A DNA stretch of 64,000 nt, taken from the IMG/VR virus record IMGVR_UViG_3300047323_000138, positions 1 through 64,000 of that record. The stretch is one strand, 5' to 3'. Below are positions 37,080 through 49,400 of this stretch, piece after piece. Position 1 is the first letter of the stretch. Each line of letters begins with the position of its first letter. The position numbers were made by a program, and so were the translations under genes. A model generated the notes under the pieces. It saw only the letters and a program-made list of their open reading frames with translations, made no database searches and was not told the DNA's origin. The DNA is from a virus.

Positions 37080-37753
37080 TTGACTTGTATCATGGTGATT
37101 GCATTGAACAACTTATGAATGTTTCAGATAATTCGGTTAACCTTATTCTAACTGACCCACCCTATAATATTGCACGAAAGAATAATTTTCATACAATGGG
37201 GCGAGCTGGGATTGACTTTGGTGACTGGGATAAAGGCTTTGATTTATTCTCGTATATTAAAGAAATTCCCCGTATCTTGCACAAAGACGGATCTGTGATT
37301 ATATTTAATGACTGGAAAAATATTGGCGAGATTGCACGTTGCTGTGAAGAGAACGGTTTGGTGATTAAAGATATGTTGCGTTGGGAGAAACTTAACCCTA
37401 TGCCTCGTAATAAAGATCGTCGTTATATTACAGATTATGAAGTTGCTGTTTGGTGTACTAATACCAAAGCTAAATGGACATTTAACCCTCAGGCTGATAC
37501 ATATGATCGTCCAAAGTTTGTTGGTAGCCTGACTCCGGGAAAAGAAAAGACTGGACATACTACACAGAAGCCAGTATATCTTATGGAGCAACTATTGAAA
37601 ATTCATAGTAATCCTGAAGATGTTGTATTGGATATGTTTATGGGTAGTGGTACAACTGGTGTAGCTTGTAAGAATCTTAATCGTAAATTTATTGGTATTG
37701 AGCTGGACGAAGCTTATTTCAACATTGCAAAGAATCGTATTATGGAAGTATAA
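37076..37753 (+). CDS. DNA N6-adenine/N4-cytosine methyltransferase (beta class)
   Basis: TDPPY motif IV, HTTQKP, DMFMGSGTTG motif I. Confidence 0.92.
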   Translation: MIDLYHGDCIEQLMNVSDNSVNLILTDPPYNIARKNNFHTMGRAGIDFGDWDKGFDLFSYIKEIPRILHKDGSVIIFNDWKNIGEIARCCEENGLVIKDMLRWEKLNPMPRNKDRRYITDYEVAVWCTNTKAKWTFNPQADTYDRPKFVGSLTPGKEKTGHTTQKPVYLMEQLLKIHSNPEDVVLDMFMGSGTTGVACKNLNRKFIGIELDEAYFNIAKNRIMEV

Positions 37754-37755
37754 TA

Positions 37756-39882
37756 ATGATCTACATTCTCTACTACCTAATCTGTGCAGTATCGAGCTTT
37801 TATATCACTAAAAACTACGTTGAGTCCAACCTTAGACGTGTAGGCATCCAAGACGCTAGCATCGCTACCGCTATGAGAAATGCCGCTAAGAAAGACGAAA
37901 CAATTGATCCAATGCATGATTGTCCAGACCATGTAGCTTCAGCTTTGTTTTGGACTATTCTTTTGGTGTACACTGGTGTATTGGCAAATTAATAAACAAG
38001 ACTTTTCAGATTTTAGGGGGTAATATATGATTACTAAAACTGACGACAAGAAACACAAATACCAAAGCTGGGAAACTCTCCTGACACTTAGCTATGGAGG
38101 TGCTATGGATTATATTACATTTGATTTAGCTGCTTGGGGTTCTACAGAACAAGAGTCGGTAGACAATTTCAAATTGGCTTGGGAGACACTAAAGGATAAA
38201 GTAGATGAATTGGTGGCTCAAGAATGAAACGTCTAATCATGTACCGCTACAGTTCTTGGACAGAAGGTTGTGGATGTTGCTCAAATAGTGAATCACTCTA
38301 TGATGTCTATGAAGATGGTGTGTTAGTGTCAGAAGCTAATTGGTGTGATCTATTTAGTAACGAGCAAGAATTACGTGAAGGTTTGAAACACCTTGAACCT
38401 TTTTATGTTGATCCTGATTGTTGGTGGTTTTGATGATTGATCCCTTTAACAGTGTAAATTGGAACAAAGAAATTATTGGTGTAGATGCTGAAGGTGAGCA
38501 TCTAAAGGTTATGATTAGTAATGTGACAGGTACACCAACTATGTGGGGCTGGTCAGTATTTCGTAGACAAGGAGGTTACAGGACTTACGGTTTGAGTGTA
38601 GAGACTATGCTGAGTAGAGGTTGGAGGTTTTATGAAAGTATGTTGCGGTAGTGGTAAACCTTATGACACTCAAACAGATATCCAAAAACTTGGTTGTTAT
38701 TCTACAGATCACTGTGTAGGACCAATTGAAGTGGAAGACTTCGATCTTCTGCTGACAGGGCTTGGAACATTCGACACAAACGATTGCATTAGTCACGAAG
38801 ACATGCGACATTTATTTAACAAGGCTGACAGTTGGGAAGAATGGATAACCTCACAGGTTGAACAAGAAGGGATTGAGAAATATAAGGCGTGGTATGCTAG
38901 AATGAATTCTCGCTGTGATCTACACCCTGAGTTGATTGAAGCTCATAATGAATTATTTGGAGAGGAAGGATGACACAAGAACAGAAAGAAGAGATTCTTA
39001 AACAGTACCTTCAATGGGTTGATCAAGTGTGTGATGATTTCCCTGAAAAGATGCATTTCAACCCAGAGGAAATCGTTATGAAAGTGTTAGGGTTGGTGGA
39101 GGAATATTCTGAATGAAGCAACAAGAGATTCAGAAGATCAGGGCTTTAGATCCTACACAATGTAACGGGACTTTTGCGAGTGTACTCTTAGACCCCAACA
39201 TTAACCAAGCACATTATGCAGAAGTGTTGTATTATTTGTTGAGTAAGGTGCTTGAAGAGAAATCGTATCTAGAACGCGTCAGTAATGCTATGACGCGAGT
39301 ATTGCAGTCGAATGGGTTGCTGGATGAATTGAATAAATGTCTTGAGTTGGAGGAGAAATAAGTGAAGATTAATTTTGAAGCTACAGCGGCAGAGTTGCAA
39401 GCAGCATATGGTGATGACTTTGATTGTACAAAGCCTATTGAAATCACATTTGGTAAAGAAACGTTTACTTGCTGGGTGACTAATTATGACTTGCGAAAAG
39501 AACATTGGAGGAATGAAACACTGATTCAAGTTCATTCTGAAGGACGTTCTAAGCGGCTACAGGATATTACTGATGCTAAGGATCTTGTGAACAAGACTAA
39601 AGAAGCTCACAAGGAAGCGCAGCGTAAACTGGCAGAGCTTCAGGAGGGTAAATGAGAAAGTCTAATATGGAAGTGAGTGTGTCGTTCCTAGCCGGTACAT
39701 CATTCCAAGACGCTTGCGAGGAAGCTAAGGGTTATGCAATAAAGAACAACCTTGCATACGTTCGGTTTGACTTTAATGGAATTCATTGTGCAATTAGTCA
39801 GCGAGCTGATGTTGACAAAGCTTATGATAAGTTCATGAATGCGCTTAAAACTGAATCAAAGTATAAATTCTTTTGTGAATAA
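37756..39882 (+). other. Run of small hypothetical ORFs (37756, 38027, 38224, ~38433, 38632, ~38970, 39113, 39362, 39652)
   Basis: Tightly coupled ORFs with overlapping start/stop codons and RBSs. Confidence 0.65.
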
Positions 39883-40005
39883 ATATGTGAAGGATTTGTT
39901 TAGAAAAAGCTTTACAAAGCAACACAGGTGTGAGATTCTAGGTTCGTAGGAAATGTGAAGCAAAGAAAGGCGGTATAATTTAAATAACGTAAGTGAGGTG
40001 GTATC

Positions 40006-40702
40006 TTGGGCGCACGTGGGGGGCAGTCAAAAGGGTCGGACTGTTAATCGACCTAAATTTGAAAAAGGATATAAGCGAACTAGACTTATCCAAGGTTTTG
40101 GTGTTAATGATGCTGATTATTCTTTGGGTAATAGTAAAGGAGACACTAAATGCCCTATACATAAGAAGTGGTTAGATATGATTTATAGGTGCTATCGGCC
40201 AAATAATGAAGAAACGTCTTATAGGGACAAGACAGTCTCACTAAAGTGGAAGCGTTTCTCTGACTTTAAGATGTGGGTAGATATGCAAGTCTTTAGTAAA
40301 GAAATGGATTTAGATAAAGATATTCTAATCAAAGGTAACAAAGAGTATGGTCCAGATACTTGCGCATTTGTACCGGAATATGTAAACCTATCCATCAGTG
40401 GATTTAAATCTAAAGAAATAAACCCTTGGCCTATTGGTGTACATTGGTCAACACACCTTAAAGGTCGACCCTTCGAATCGATGTGTCAGATTGGAGATAA
40501 AAGAAAACGACTAGGTAGGTTTGCAACTCCGGAAGAAGCTCATGCTGCATGGCAGCTAGGTAAAGTAGAGGCTTTAGAACTTGTTATTAATCGCTACGCA
40601 AAAGAGGAGTGTTTTCGTACAGACGTTGCAGATGCTTTGATGTGAAGAGTTTGGGATTTGAGGTTGGACCATGCAAACGGCGTAGAAACTAAATCATTGT
40701 AA
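40006..40702 (+). pseudogene. HNH-family homing endonuclease, apparently frameshifted at G6 and with premature TGA
   Basis: GFGVNDADY, WLDMIYRCY, LDKDILIKGNKEYGPDTC motifs; RBS fits TTG 40006 in another frame; frame continues after TGA 40643-40645 to TAA 40702. Confidence 0.65.
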
Positions 40703-40713
40703 GGAATTAAATT

Positions 40714-41460
40714 ATGGCAAAGCGTAGCTTGGAACAAACTGTTCAGAATCGTTGGGAAAAGAAAGCGGATGTTGGGCGTGTAATTAAAAGCAAGTTTCAA
40801 GATGAAAATTATCTTGCTGTTCCAGTTACCGCAAAGACTGAAGTTCAAAAACAGTTCCTTAATGCGTTGAAAGAGTTTGATGTTGTAGTCTTTTCAGCTC
40901 CGGCTGGCGTAGGTAAGAGCTACCTTGCTATGAGCGAAGCTTCAGACTGGTTGAAGAAAGGACTTTACGATAAGATTACTTTGTCTCGTGCAGTAATCCC
41001 GATGGGTCGTAGTCTGGGTATGCTTCCTAATAATCTTCAGCAGAAGTTCGAACCGTTTCTAATGCCTTTGTTGGAAGTATTGTGGAAACGTTACGGGAAA
41101 AGTTACTACGAAAATTGCTTGGCACTAGGTACTGTCGAATTGTTGGCGCCAGAATATGCTCGCGGTCGGTCGGTATCTGGGGTAATGATCATCGACGAAG
41201 TACAATGTATGGATCAGAATGAACTCTACACAATGCTTACTCGTATGGAGGCCGGTGCTAAGTTGATTCTCATCGGTGATGGCACTGGACACCAAACAGA
41301 TATTAAAGGTGTCAATGGTATTGAGTGGCTTACTAAGTTTGTAGAGAAGAATCCAGAACTTCAGAAGCATATTAAAGTAATTACAGCAACTAGCGAAGAT
41401 ATTGTTCGCGGTGGTTTGTGCAAAGCAATGGTTAAAGCCAAAGAAAAGGAGAGTAAATAA
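40714..41460 (+). CDS. phoH: PhoH-like ATPase
   Basis: APAGVGKS, LGMLP, YARGRS, IIDEVQ, LTRM, IGD..QTD motifs. Confidence 0.92.
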   Translation: MAKRSLEQTVQNRWEKKADVGRVIKSKFQDENYLAVPVTAKTEVQKQFLNALKEFDVVVFSAPAGVGKSYLAMSEASDWLKKGLYDKITLSRAVIPMGRSLGMLPNNLQQKFEPFLMPLLEVLWKRYGKSYYENCLALGTVELLAPEYARGRSVSGVMIIDEVQCMDQNELYTMLTRMEAGAKLILIGDGTGHQTDIKGVNGIEWLTKFVEKNPELQKHIKVITATSEDIVRGGLCKAMVKAKEKESK

Positions 41461-41461
41461 T

Positions 41462-42235
41462 ATGAAAAACGAAGATCTGATGTTGTTGCCACAGAAGTCC
41501 CGTATCTCGTCCAGTCACAATGGTGGTATGACTCACGTCATCCGAATTCATGAGGATATCTCCGAGCCAAGTAACTGGAGCGATGAACTTGACTTGATTA
41601 ACGGAGCATCTGAACAGGACACAATTGTATTAGACGTATGCTCGCCGGGTGGATATCTTGACACAGCAATGCTCTTTCATCGTTCATTGAATAGTTGTGC
41701 AGCACACACTGTTGCAATTATTGGTCCTGAATGTGCAAGTGCTGCCAGCGTGATTAGTTTGAGCTGTCGGGAATGGATTCTTGACGACACTTCAAGCCTA
41801 ATGATTCACACATCGAGCTATTCACTCGGAGGAAAAGATACAGACATTCTGGAACATGCAAACTTCTCCCGTGGTCAGTTGAAGCGTCTTTATGAAAATG
41901 TGTATTCGGGCTTTCTCAGCCCAGATGACCTTAGCGATGTAATCAAAGGAACACCATTTTACTTTGACGCGGAGAACATTGCTGACCGATTGGATAATTT
42001 GCAAGAATACCGTGCAAGCCTTCCTTGCCCTTGCGGTGATAGTAATTGTGGGAAGAATCCTCCAGTTGAAGACGAAGAAGACTTTGACGAAATGCCTTCG
42101 CTAGCCGACATCGTTGCCGGTGCAGTAAAAGATGGAATTGCAGCCTATGAGAAGTCTCGCCTTGCTGCCGAACGTAAAGCTTCTAAGCCAAAGGCTGCAC
42201 CAAAAGCTACAAAAGTAATAGAAAAAGTCGAATAA
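41462..42235 (+). CDS. ClpP-like serine protease
   Basis: CSPGGY, CASAAS, LMIH motifs; ATG at 41462 with GGAG RBS. Confidence 0.85.
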   Translation: MKNEDLMLLPQKSRISSSHNGGMTHVIRIHEDISEPSNWSDELDLINGASEQDTIVLDVCSPGGYLDTAMLFHRSLNSCAAHTVAIIGPECASAASVISLSCREWILDDTSSLMIHTSSYSLGGKDTDILEHANFSRGQLKRLYENVYSGFLSPDDLSDVIKGTPFYFDAENIADRLDNLQEYRASLPCPCGDSNCGKNPPVEDEEDFDEMPSLADIVAGAVKDGIAAYEKSRLAAERKASKPKAAPKATKVIEKVE

Positions 42236-42303
42236 AGAGCTTGCATAGAACCGATGTCCGGGCTTACAATAGACGGACATTAACAAACAAAGGAGAGCAT
42301 ATT

Positions 42304-43675
42304 ATGGGTGAATTTTTCGGATGTATGTTTATACTTGCTGTAGTTATTATAACGACAGTCTCTAACACAACATTCCGCTTTGATGCAAACGAAACAGTGA
42401 AGATGTTGAATGAAGTTTGTATTAAGAATAGTGGGATTGAATTCTCAAAGATTGATGTTGACTCGTGGCAGTTCAAATGTAAAGATGGTGCAAGTTTTGT
42501 GGTCAAGCGCCCATGAACGACTACGAATACAATGATCAACAAGAAGACTTAGCTTGTTTGAATGAACCAGTATTTGATATTGACCCATATATCTATCTAG
42601 AATACGATTTGGAATATATGCAAGGAGAAATGTAATGACAAATGAAATTATCAGCAAGTTTATTGAACATCTAGTAAAACCAGATATGTTTCTTGAAGAA
42701 ATTTGGTTTGAAGATAAATATGGAAATGTCCACTGGAATGGTGAAAACAATATTGACGACCTGATAAATGGAGATGGGGATACCTACTCTGGCGATATCC
42801 GTACAGAAGTAGTTGAGATAGATGGTTTTGCGCTATACACTATGGGTGATGACTGTGGTGGTGAAGGGCAGCTGATCTTTAAACTTAGTAATAAAATTGA
42901 CCCAAAGGATTACGAATGAATTACGAAAACAACGAAGTAGTTATTGAAGGTTTGGAAAGTTCGATGAACACTTGGATCTTGTCTGATGAGAATGATGTAC
43001 GAGATACGTTTGGAGAAGACCTAGTATCTGCTGTAAAGGAAGCACTAGATGAGCAGTGATTACGACAGGTGGCTTGAAGAGGGTGATTATTATCTAGATG
43101 AAATTTATGTTCCTGAAGAAGACTGGAATGATTACGAACCGAATGAATATCCAGATGAGGATTGTGATTAATGGAAGAGCCTGTTGGTCCACTTTGTGGG
43201 AAAGTAAATAAAATCATCCCTCACATCCCTTATTACTTAGCCGAAGGAAACGTTGTACAAAAGAAATGGACAGAACCTTTCGTAGACAGAGTTGGAAACA
43301 AAGCAATACTTACAAAAGTAGAAGTGCTTACGAAGAAAGGTAAGTTGGTGGAGTATGTTATTCAAGTGGCTTGGGAGAATTGAGATAATGGTTAAAGAAA
43401 AAGATATTGATGTTGTAATTGTTTCCTTTACAGACTACACTTCATATGACTTTGTTGAGCCGGGGACTTATTTCAGTGTTAGTGCAATGCAGGATTATTA
43501 TTTCTACAAAACATCCGACAGAGCTGCTGCCCAGTTAAAATGTGACGAAATCTTTGGCCCAAATCGTTACGTGGTCAAAACGTCAAAGATTATAAAGACT
43601 AAATCTAAACTAGAGTCAGGAGGCCAGAGCGTTTACGCGACGGCAACAACTAAAGGTCAAAAGAAGTATAACTAG
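42304..43675 (+). other. Run of small ORFs including four very acidic ones (42513-42635, 42635-42919, 42916-43059, 43049-43171)
   Basis: Promoter TTGCAT-18-TACAAT at 42241-42270; coupled ORFs. Confidence 0.65.
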
Positions 43676-43684
43676 GGTGGGATT

Positions 43685-44188
43685 ATGGCAACAACACACG
43701 GAATGTCTGAGACGAAGGTGTACTTCTCTTGGTGGGAAATGAAAAGACGTTGCACCAATGACAGTAGGTCCGAATTTGTAAACTACGGAGGAAGAGGGAT
43801 CAACTTTCCAGAGAAATGGCTAACATTCGAAGGTTTCTGGGAGGATATGGGTGATACTTACTCACTCGGATTAACCTTGGAAAGAAAGGATGTTAATGGA
43901 AGCTACTCTAAAGAAAATTGTGAGTGGATACCACTAGAAGAGCAGGCTAAGAATAAAAGAGCTTATAAAAGTAACACAGTGGGTTTAGGAGGGTGTTGTC
44001 TTTTTGAGTCTAGGGGGAGAGTTTACTTGCGGGCGAGAATTCAAGACTCGACAACAAAGAAAAGAGTAAGTAAACTTTATAATCTAGCAAAGGTGCATAT
44101 CTCAGAGGCAATAATTCTTGCAGAAGAGTGGTTGAAAGTTAATCGTCTGCAAATGGGATATAAAGAGGGTCACGGCAGTGAAGGATAA
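43685..44188 (+). CDS. Free-standing HNH homing endonuclease
   Basis: THGMS, W.EMKRRC, YGGRGI, TLERKDVNGSYSKENCEW. Confidence 0.88.
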   Translation: MATTHGMSETKVYFSWWEMKRRCTNDSRSEFVNYGGRGINFPEKWLTFEGFWEDMGDTYSLGLTLERKDVNGSYSKENCEWIPLEEQAKNKRAYKSNTVGLGGCCLFESRGRVYLRARIQDSTTKKRVSKLYNLAKVHISEAIILAEEWLKVNRLQMGYKEGHGSEG

Positions 44189-44582
44189 ACACATTCAAGC
44201 CTGCATGAAATGTGCTGAAGCTTGGGCTGAATGTTCTTCAGCAGAACGCCTAAAGGTTGGTGCAATTGCGTATAAGAATGGTCATATTATCGCAGAGGGG
44301 TATAATGGACTCCCAAGCTCAATGCAAGGCTCTTGTGAGGATGAACACGGACATACAAAATCAGAAGTTACTCATGCAGAAGATAACCTTTTGAGAAAGC
44401 TGACTCGTAGCACAGAAAGCAGTGTTGGTGCCTACATCTTCATCACTCATGCTGCCTGTAAAAATTGTTCAATTAAAATTGTTGACGCAGGCATCACAAA
44501 AGTCTACTATCGTAATGAGTATCGCAGCACTGAAGGATTAGAATATCTTCGTGCAAACAATATTGAAGTAATTAAAATTTAA
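44178..44582 (+). CDS. dCMP deaminase family protein
   Basis: KVGA, GYNG, HAEDN, THAACKNC zinc motifs. Confidence 0.88.
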   Translation: MKDKHIQACMKCAEAWAECSSAERLKVGAIAYKNGHIIAEGYNGLPSSMQGSCEDEHGHTKSEVTHAEDNLLRKLTRSTESSVGAYIFITHAACKNCSIKIVDAGITKVYYRNEYRSTEGLEYLRANNIEVIKI

Positions 44583-44593
44583 AGGAGAACAAA

Positions 44594-45211
44594 ATGAGAA
44601 CCAATGAATCGTTGTGGGCGGCAGAAGACATTGTAGACACTAAACATCTCCAATTCTTCAGTCTGTGTCAAGTAATGCGTGCCTTACATTATGACTATGT
44701 AGAATATCGGTCTTGTGCATCTCGATTTGAGAGCAAACACTATTCCAATAAAGGTCGTGAAGTAATCTCAATCTCTAAAGCTGTAAAATTATATAATGGT
44801 GACACAGCTAAATGTGTATTTGGTCGTCCTCCCAGTCACCTAACAATCTGGAGCTTTAACGACTATCAAGTTGCACAGGCTAAGGCTGCACGTATTGTCA
44901 AGAAAGTTAAGATCCAGCATTGTCGTGCTACAAATACTCTGATTATTCAAGACCACCGAGTAGAGTTCGTTCTTCCTTCATTCTCAAAGTTGTTTCTCAA
45001 TAATAAGTATTTAGGGTGACCCATGAATCGCTCAATCATATACGTTTGGTCATCAGGATTTTGGCTTTATGGTGTAGACTACCATCACGGTACGCATTCA
45101 GCTCTGGGTAAGTATCAAGAAGTTATTATTGGCGAGGGGTGGCATAAACAAGAGATTACTTTGATGGTGAATGATTTCATTGAAGAGAATCTATTGATGT
45201 GGGAAGATTGA
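44594..45211 (+). other. Two hypothetical ORFs (44594-45019, 45023-45211)
   Basis: RBS and ORF continuity. Confidence 0.65.
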
Positions 45212-45222
45212 TAAGAATTTAT

Positions 45223-45265
45223 AAGGACTCTGGCGCTTGCTTGAGTCCTTTTCTTTTGCCATAAT
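45223..45265 (+). terminator. Terminator overlapping a sigma70 promoter
   Basis: aaggactc...gagtcctt-ttctttt hairpin; TTGCTT-17-CATAAT at 45237-45265. Confidence 0.65.
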
Positions 45266-45289
45266 GAATCACAAATTAAAGGAGGCTAC

Positions 45290-45793
45290 ATGGCTAACGT
45301 ATGGTTCACATCAGATTTACATTTAGGTCACAAAAACATTGCTAACTTCCGCACTCAGTTTGAATCTGAACTACACCACCGAGAAGTTATCAAAGAGAAC
45401 TACCACAAGGTTGTAACGAAACGAGATAAAGTGTTCTTCTTAGGTGATGTTGCATTCACACAGGAAACCCTTGAGGATGTCAGCACTTGGGTTGCTGAGA
45501 AGAGGGTGTTAATTGTTGGTAATCACTGTACAGATCAGGTGAGTATGAAAGAAGTGGTTAAACACTTTGATGAAGTGTACAGTCTAAAGAAGTACAAGGA
45601 GTTCTGGTTATCTCATGCACCTATCCACCCACAGGAGTTACGAGGTAAGTATAACTTACATGGTCATATGCACTTTGAGACAGTAGACGATCCTCGTTAC
45701 TTGAATTTGTGTCTTGAACATACTGATTACACACCAATTGACTTGAGTGAAGTTCGCAAACGACTCAATATTACTGAAAAGGTTTACAAATGA
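45290..45793 (+). CDS. Calcineurin-like metallophosphoesterase
   Basis: SDLHLGH, LGDV, GNH, SHAP, HGHMH motifs. Confidence 0.88.
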   Translation: MANVWFTSDLHLGHKNIANFRTQFESELHHREVIKENYHKVVTKRDKVFFLGDVAFTQETLEDVSTWVAEKRVLIVGNHCTDQVSMKEVVKHFDEVYSLKKYKEFWLSHAPIHPQELRGKYNLHGHMHFETVDDPRYLNLCLEHTDYTPIDLSEVRKRLNITEKVYK

Positions 45794-45970
45794 CACCAGA
45801 CAAAATCAAGAAACAAATAGAACTGCTCTGCTCGGACCTTGAGCGCTGCGATAAACGTTGCCGTAAGATATCCAAAGCAATCGGCCTAGAAGATAATCAT
45901 CTTATTTCTTGGGCTAGGAAAGAGGCTGAGAGTGTGTTAGAGTATATTGAATTGTTGAAGGAGAAAGAAG

Positions 45971-46642
45971 GTGCTGATAAAGAGATTTAAAGAAAATACT
46001 GCCGGAAGGGACTTCTTCACAACAGATATACATGGTTGCTTTGACCTGTTGCATGAACAAATGAGGCTACATGCTTTTGATACAACCAAGGATAGATTGT
46101 TTGTAGGAGGGGACAACGCGGACAGGGGTCCATATTCAGACACAGTATTAGATTACATCTATGAACCTTGGTTTCACAGTATTAGATCTAACCATGAAGA
46201 GATGCTAATCACTGCTTTTGAGAATCCAACAAGCCGTAACGCTTATGAGATGCTCTATTGTAATGGTGGTGAATGGTTCTATGATTGTACACATGAGAAG
46301 CAGAAAGCTATCTATGAGGCTTTCAAGTCTTTACCATTAGCAATTGAAATTGAAAATCCTCAAGGCCTGATCGGTATCATACATGCCCAAGTTCCTATGG
46401 ATGATTGGGAAAAGTTTAGAGGCATGTCTGAACAGGATCTTTACTGGAGTGGGTACGCTATTGCACAATGGTCGAGAACCAAGTATGATAAACAAGATGT
46501 AACAGATGTGAAGGGTTTGTATAAGTGTTTCGTGGGACATAGCCCAACTAACTCAGGCGAGGTTGAACAATTAGGTAACACTTACTACTCGGATCTGGGC
46601 AGCTTCTTTCGAGATAAAATATCTTTCATTGAGATCAACTAA
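45971..46642 (+). CDS. Ser/Thr protein phosphatase (lambda NinI/PphA-like)
   Basis: DIHG, GDNADRGP, RSNHE, NGGEW, HA, GHSP motifs. Confidence 0.9.
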   Translation: MLIKRFKENTAGRDFFTTDIHGCFDLLHEQMRLHAFDTTKDRLFVGGDNADRGPYSDTVLDYIYEPWFHSIRSNHEEMLITAFENPTSRNAYEMLYCNGGEWFYDCTHEKQKAIYEAFKSLPLAIEIENPQGLIGIIHAQVPMDDWEKFRGMSEQDLYWSGYAIAQWSRTKYDKQDVTDVKGLYKCFVGHSPTNSGEVEQLGNTYYSDLGSFFRDKISFIEIN

Positions 46643-46643
46643 A

Positions 46644-49396
46644 ATGACACAAGAACAATATTACCTTCTAGAACGACTACGTACAAACCTCCTAGACGCT
46701 GCATCTGAGCTAGAACTTCTAGGCAAACTGCCAAGGTTTACACAGAATATTGATTGGATGTTGGATGAACTTGAAGAGTATATTAAATTGCAGAAGGAGG
46801 TTGATAAATGAAAGAGAAATCAGACGGTGAGATTTATGAAGATGTTAGCCGTAAAGCTAATCCAGAGCTACATGCACAAATAGATGCTTGGATACAAAGT
46901 CTTCATGAAGGGCAACAACAGCTCATCAATGAAGATGCACAATTGATTGAAGATAATTATTGGGAGTTAATATTGAAATGAGTAATGTAAACTTTAAACC
47001 GATGGATGATAAGCAACGAGAGCAGGTGCGGCTCAAAAGGGCTGCTGACCAAGCTTATGCTAAAGAGAACTTGATTACAGATTTCAAAGACGAGCAGTTC
47101 TGGCGAGAGAATGCCTCCAAAGTGGCGCTACGCCTCCCCGGTTGGTGGATTCCTAGTAGCGAAACAAAATACATTCGACGTGCATGTAAAGCTTTAGGTG
47201 TAGATATTAATTTATTTGTGGAAAGCACAGGCTTTTCTAACTTAAATCAGCTCGTAAAGGCTAATTCTAAGTGGTCGGCTGTGGGTATGGTTGGGTTGTG
47301 TGTGGAATTTGCCATCGAAACTGGAAAGTTGGCGTAGTTTTTACCCTGCCAATCAACGAAAAACTAAAATTCATCTCCGTACACAGGGGTATACTAAAAT
47401 GACAATTCTTGCTATATATTTAATCGGTGTAATCTTCACATTCTATTATGAGACAGAGGATATCTTCCTTGGATCGCTCCCTACATCTATTCAAGGGACA
47501 ATTATATTCTCTTTATGTTGGCCCTTTAGCATAATCTTCGGAGCTGCTATCATGTGGAAAGAGATTATTAAGAAACGTGGAGAGAAGAAATGACTGCTAA
47601 TCGCACACTTGCTGAACAACGTGGATTATCTGAGTCCCAAATCCAAGAGATTGATCGTCTGCACGAACATCTTGACAAAACAATAAACTATTTCATTGAA
47701 CAAGGCTGGACACAGGCACGAGAAGATGAAATTCATGATATCGAATACCTCCTACAACAAGCTTGGGGATTTCCTAAAGACTGTGGATATCATCGTTATG
47801 CACACCAATATGCTTTTGTCTGTCAGTGGTTTGGTCGGACATTCAAGTGTGTAGAAACTGGGAATCAAATTACGTTAGGGAAGGACATCTACGAACGTCA
47901 GTATATTCCTTTCGGTAATTGTGCAATTGACTTGGGTGTCTTGAATGGCTACTCTCGTCGTATTGGAAATATGGAGGAAATTAAGAAATGACCCAACAAT
48001 ATTCACCCGAGAAACAATTGATCAAAGACTTCATCCGCTACATTTCTGATAATCATAAGTGCTGTGTGGTGAGTTTTCCAGATGAGTTTGCTGCTGACAG
48101 CTATTTGAACTACAAATTTGTCAATACGTGTGAATTGCTGGATGAATTTATTAGGGAGAGAAAGACATGAGTTGGGTTCAAGTAGATGAAAAGACTGCTG
48201 AGTGGTTGTTACGACAACGTAATGACGACAACATCCTATACTCTTCGAACTCTTTGCACTGCTGGGATGAGATATTCACAGCAGGAGGTTGTAGATTTAA
48301 GGTGGAAGGTTCGTTCTACTCAGATGAAGTATCAGTCTATAAGGAAGAACAACTATGAACCAAACAATTGAAGAAAGATTCCAATCCATAGAAGACCAAC
48401 TCAAAGAGCTTCGCAAGGAATTGGAGAGTGACCTTGCGAAATATAGGGATAGTAGTTATTTAATTAAGAGGGAGAAATCATGAACAAAACAGAACTCATT
48501 GGAGTGGCAATAGCTATAACACTTATGCCTTATATTATTGGGGTGTGGTTAGTTTACAACATCAGGGGTGGGAAATGAATCAGAAAGCTATTGAAACTTA
48601 TGCGGTACATCTCTATAGAACACGAAAGCCTTGGTCTGATCCGTATGCATATTACATTGAGTACACTGGTAACTATTATGGAGAAGACTCCGATGGAACA
48701 AGGATCTACAATTGGCAAGAATACGAACAAGAGTCTAGCGATGCTGTGGATTATTGGTCAGGAGAAAGTAAATGAAAGGTGAGCCACCAAAACCTCCACT
48801 TATGCGTGTAGGTGCTAACGGCAATCCATGCCCTCTATGTGGTAGTGGAATGAAGCCTAATTGGCTGTGGCTAAAATCTAAGGGATGTTATCAGCCCGAG
48901 TGTGAGAATTATTGGAGGAACAGATGACAGACACATACGAACGTTGTTCCTGTGGTGCTAGAGATAGGGCTAAGTGTAGTAAAGAGAGTGAACATGGTGG
49001 GAAGCTGTGTTTGAAGACAGAAGACAGTCTGTTTAAGAACTTTCGAGAAACACTTAATGGTGGCTTCTGTGCTGATATTGATTACGAGTCAGATGCTTGG
49101 CAGAAGGTTGTTGATGATTGGTCTGAGTTTAAAAGTCAGTGCGTGCCTATTCCTAAAGAGTTGTTTGAACGTATGGGTGTGATTAAAAAGAAAGCTGAAG
49201 AGAATAGGAAGAAGGACTTAGACAATGAAACCACTAATCATTAAAACACCAGAAGGACTTTACGTCTGTGAAATACCAATAGAGAATGAACCTGAAGACA
49301 ATGCAACAGATGCGGAATGGTGGATATGGGCTGCAACTGGTGTTGGCAGTAGTCCTGTAGAGGCTTATAATAATTGGGTGAAGGATTGGGAGGATA
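46644..49396 (+). other. Run of small hypothetical ORFs (e.g. 46978-47337, 47590-47991, 48912-49244)
   Basis: Coupled ORFs with RBSs; no recognisable domains. Confidence 0.6.
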
Positions 49397-49400
49397 AGGT

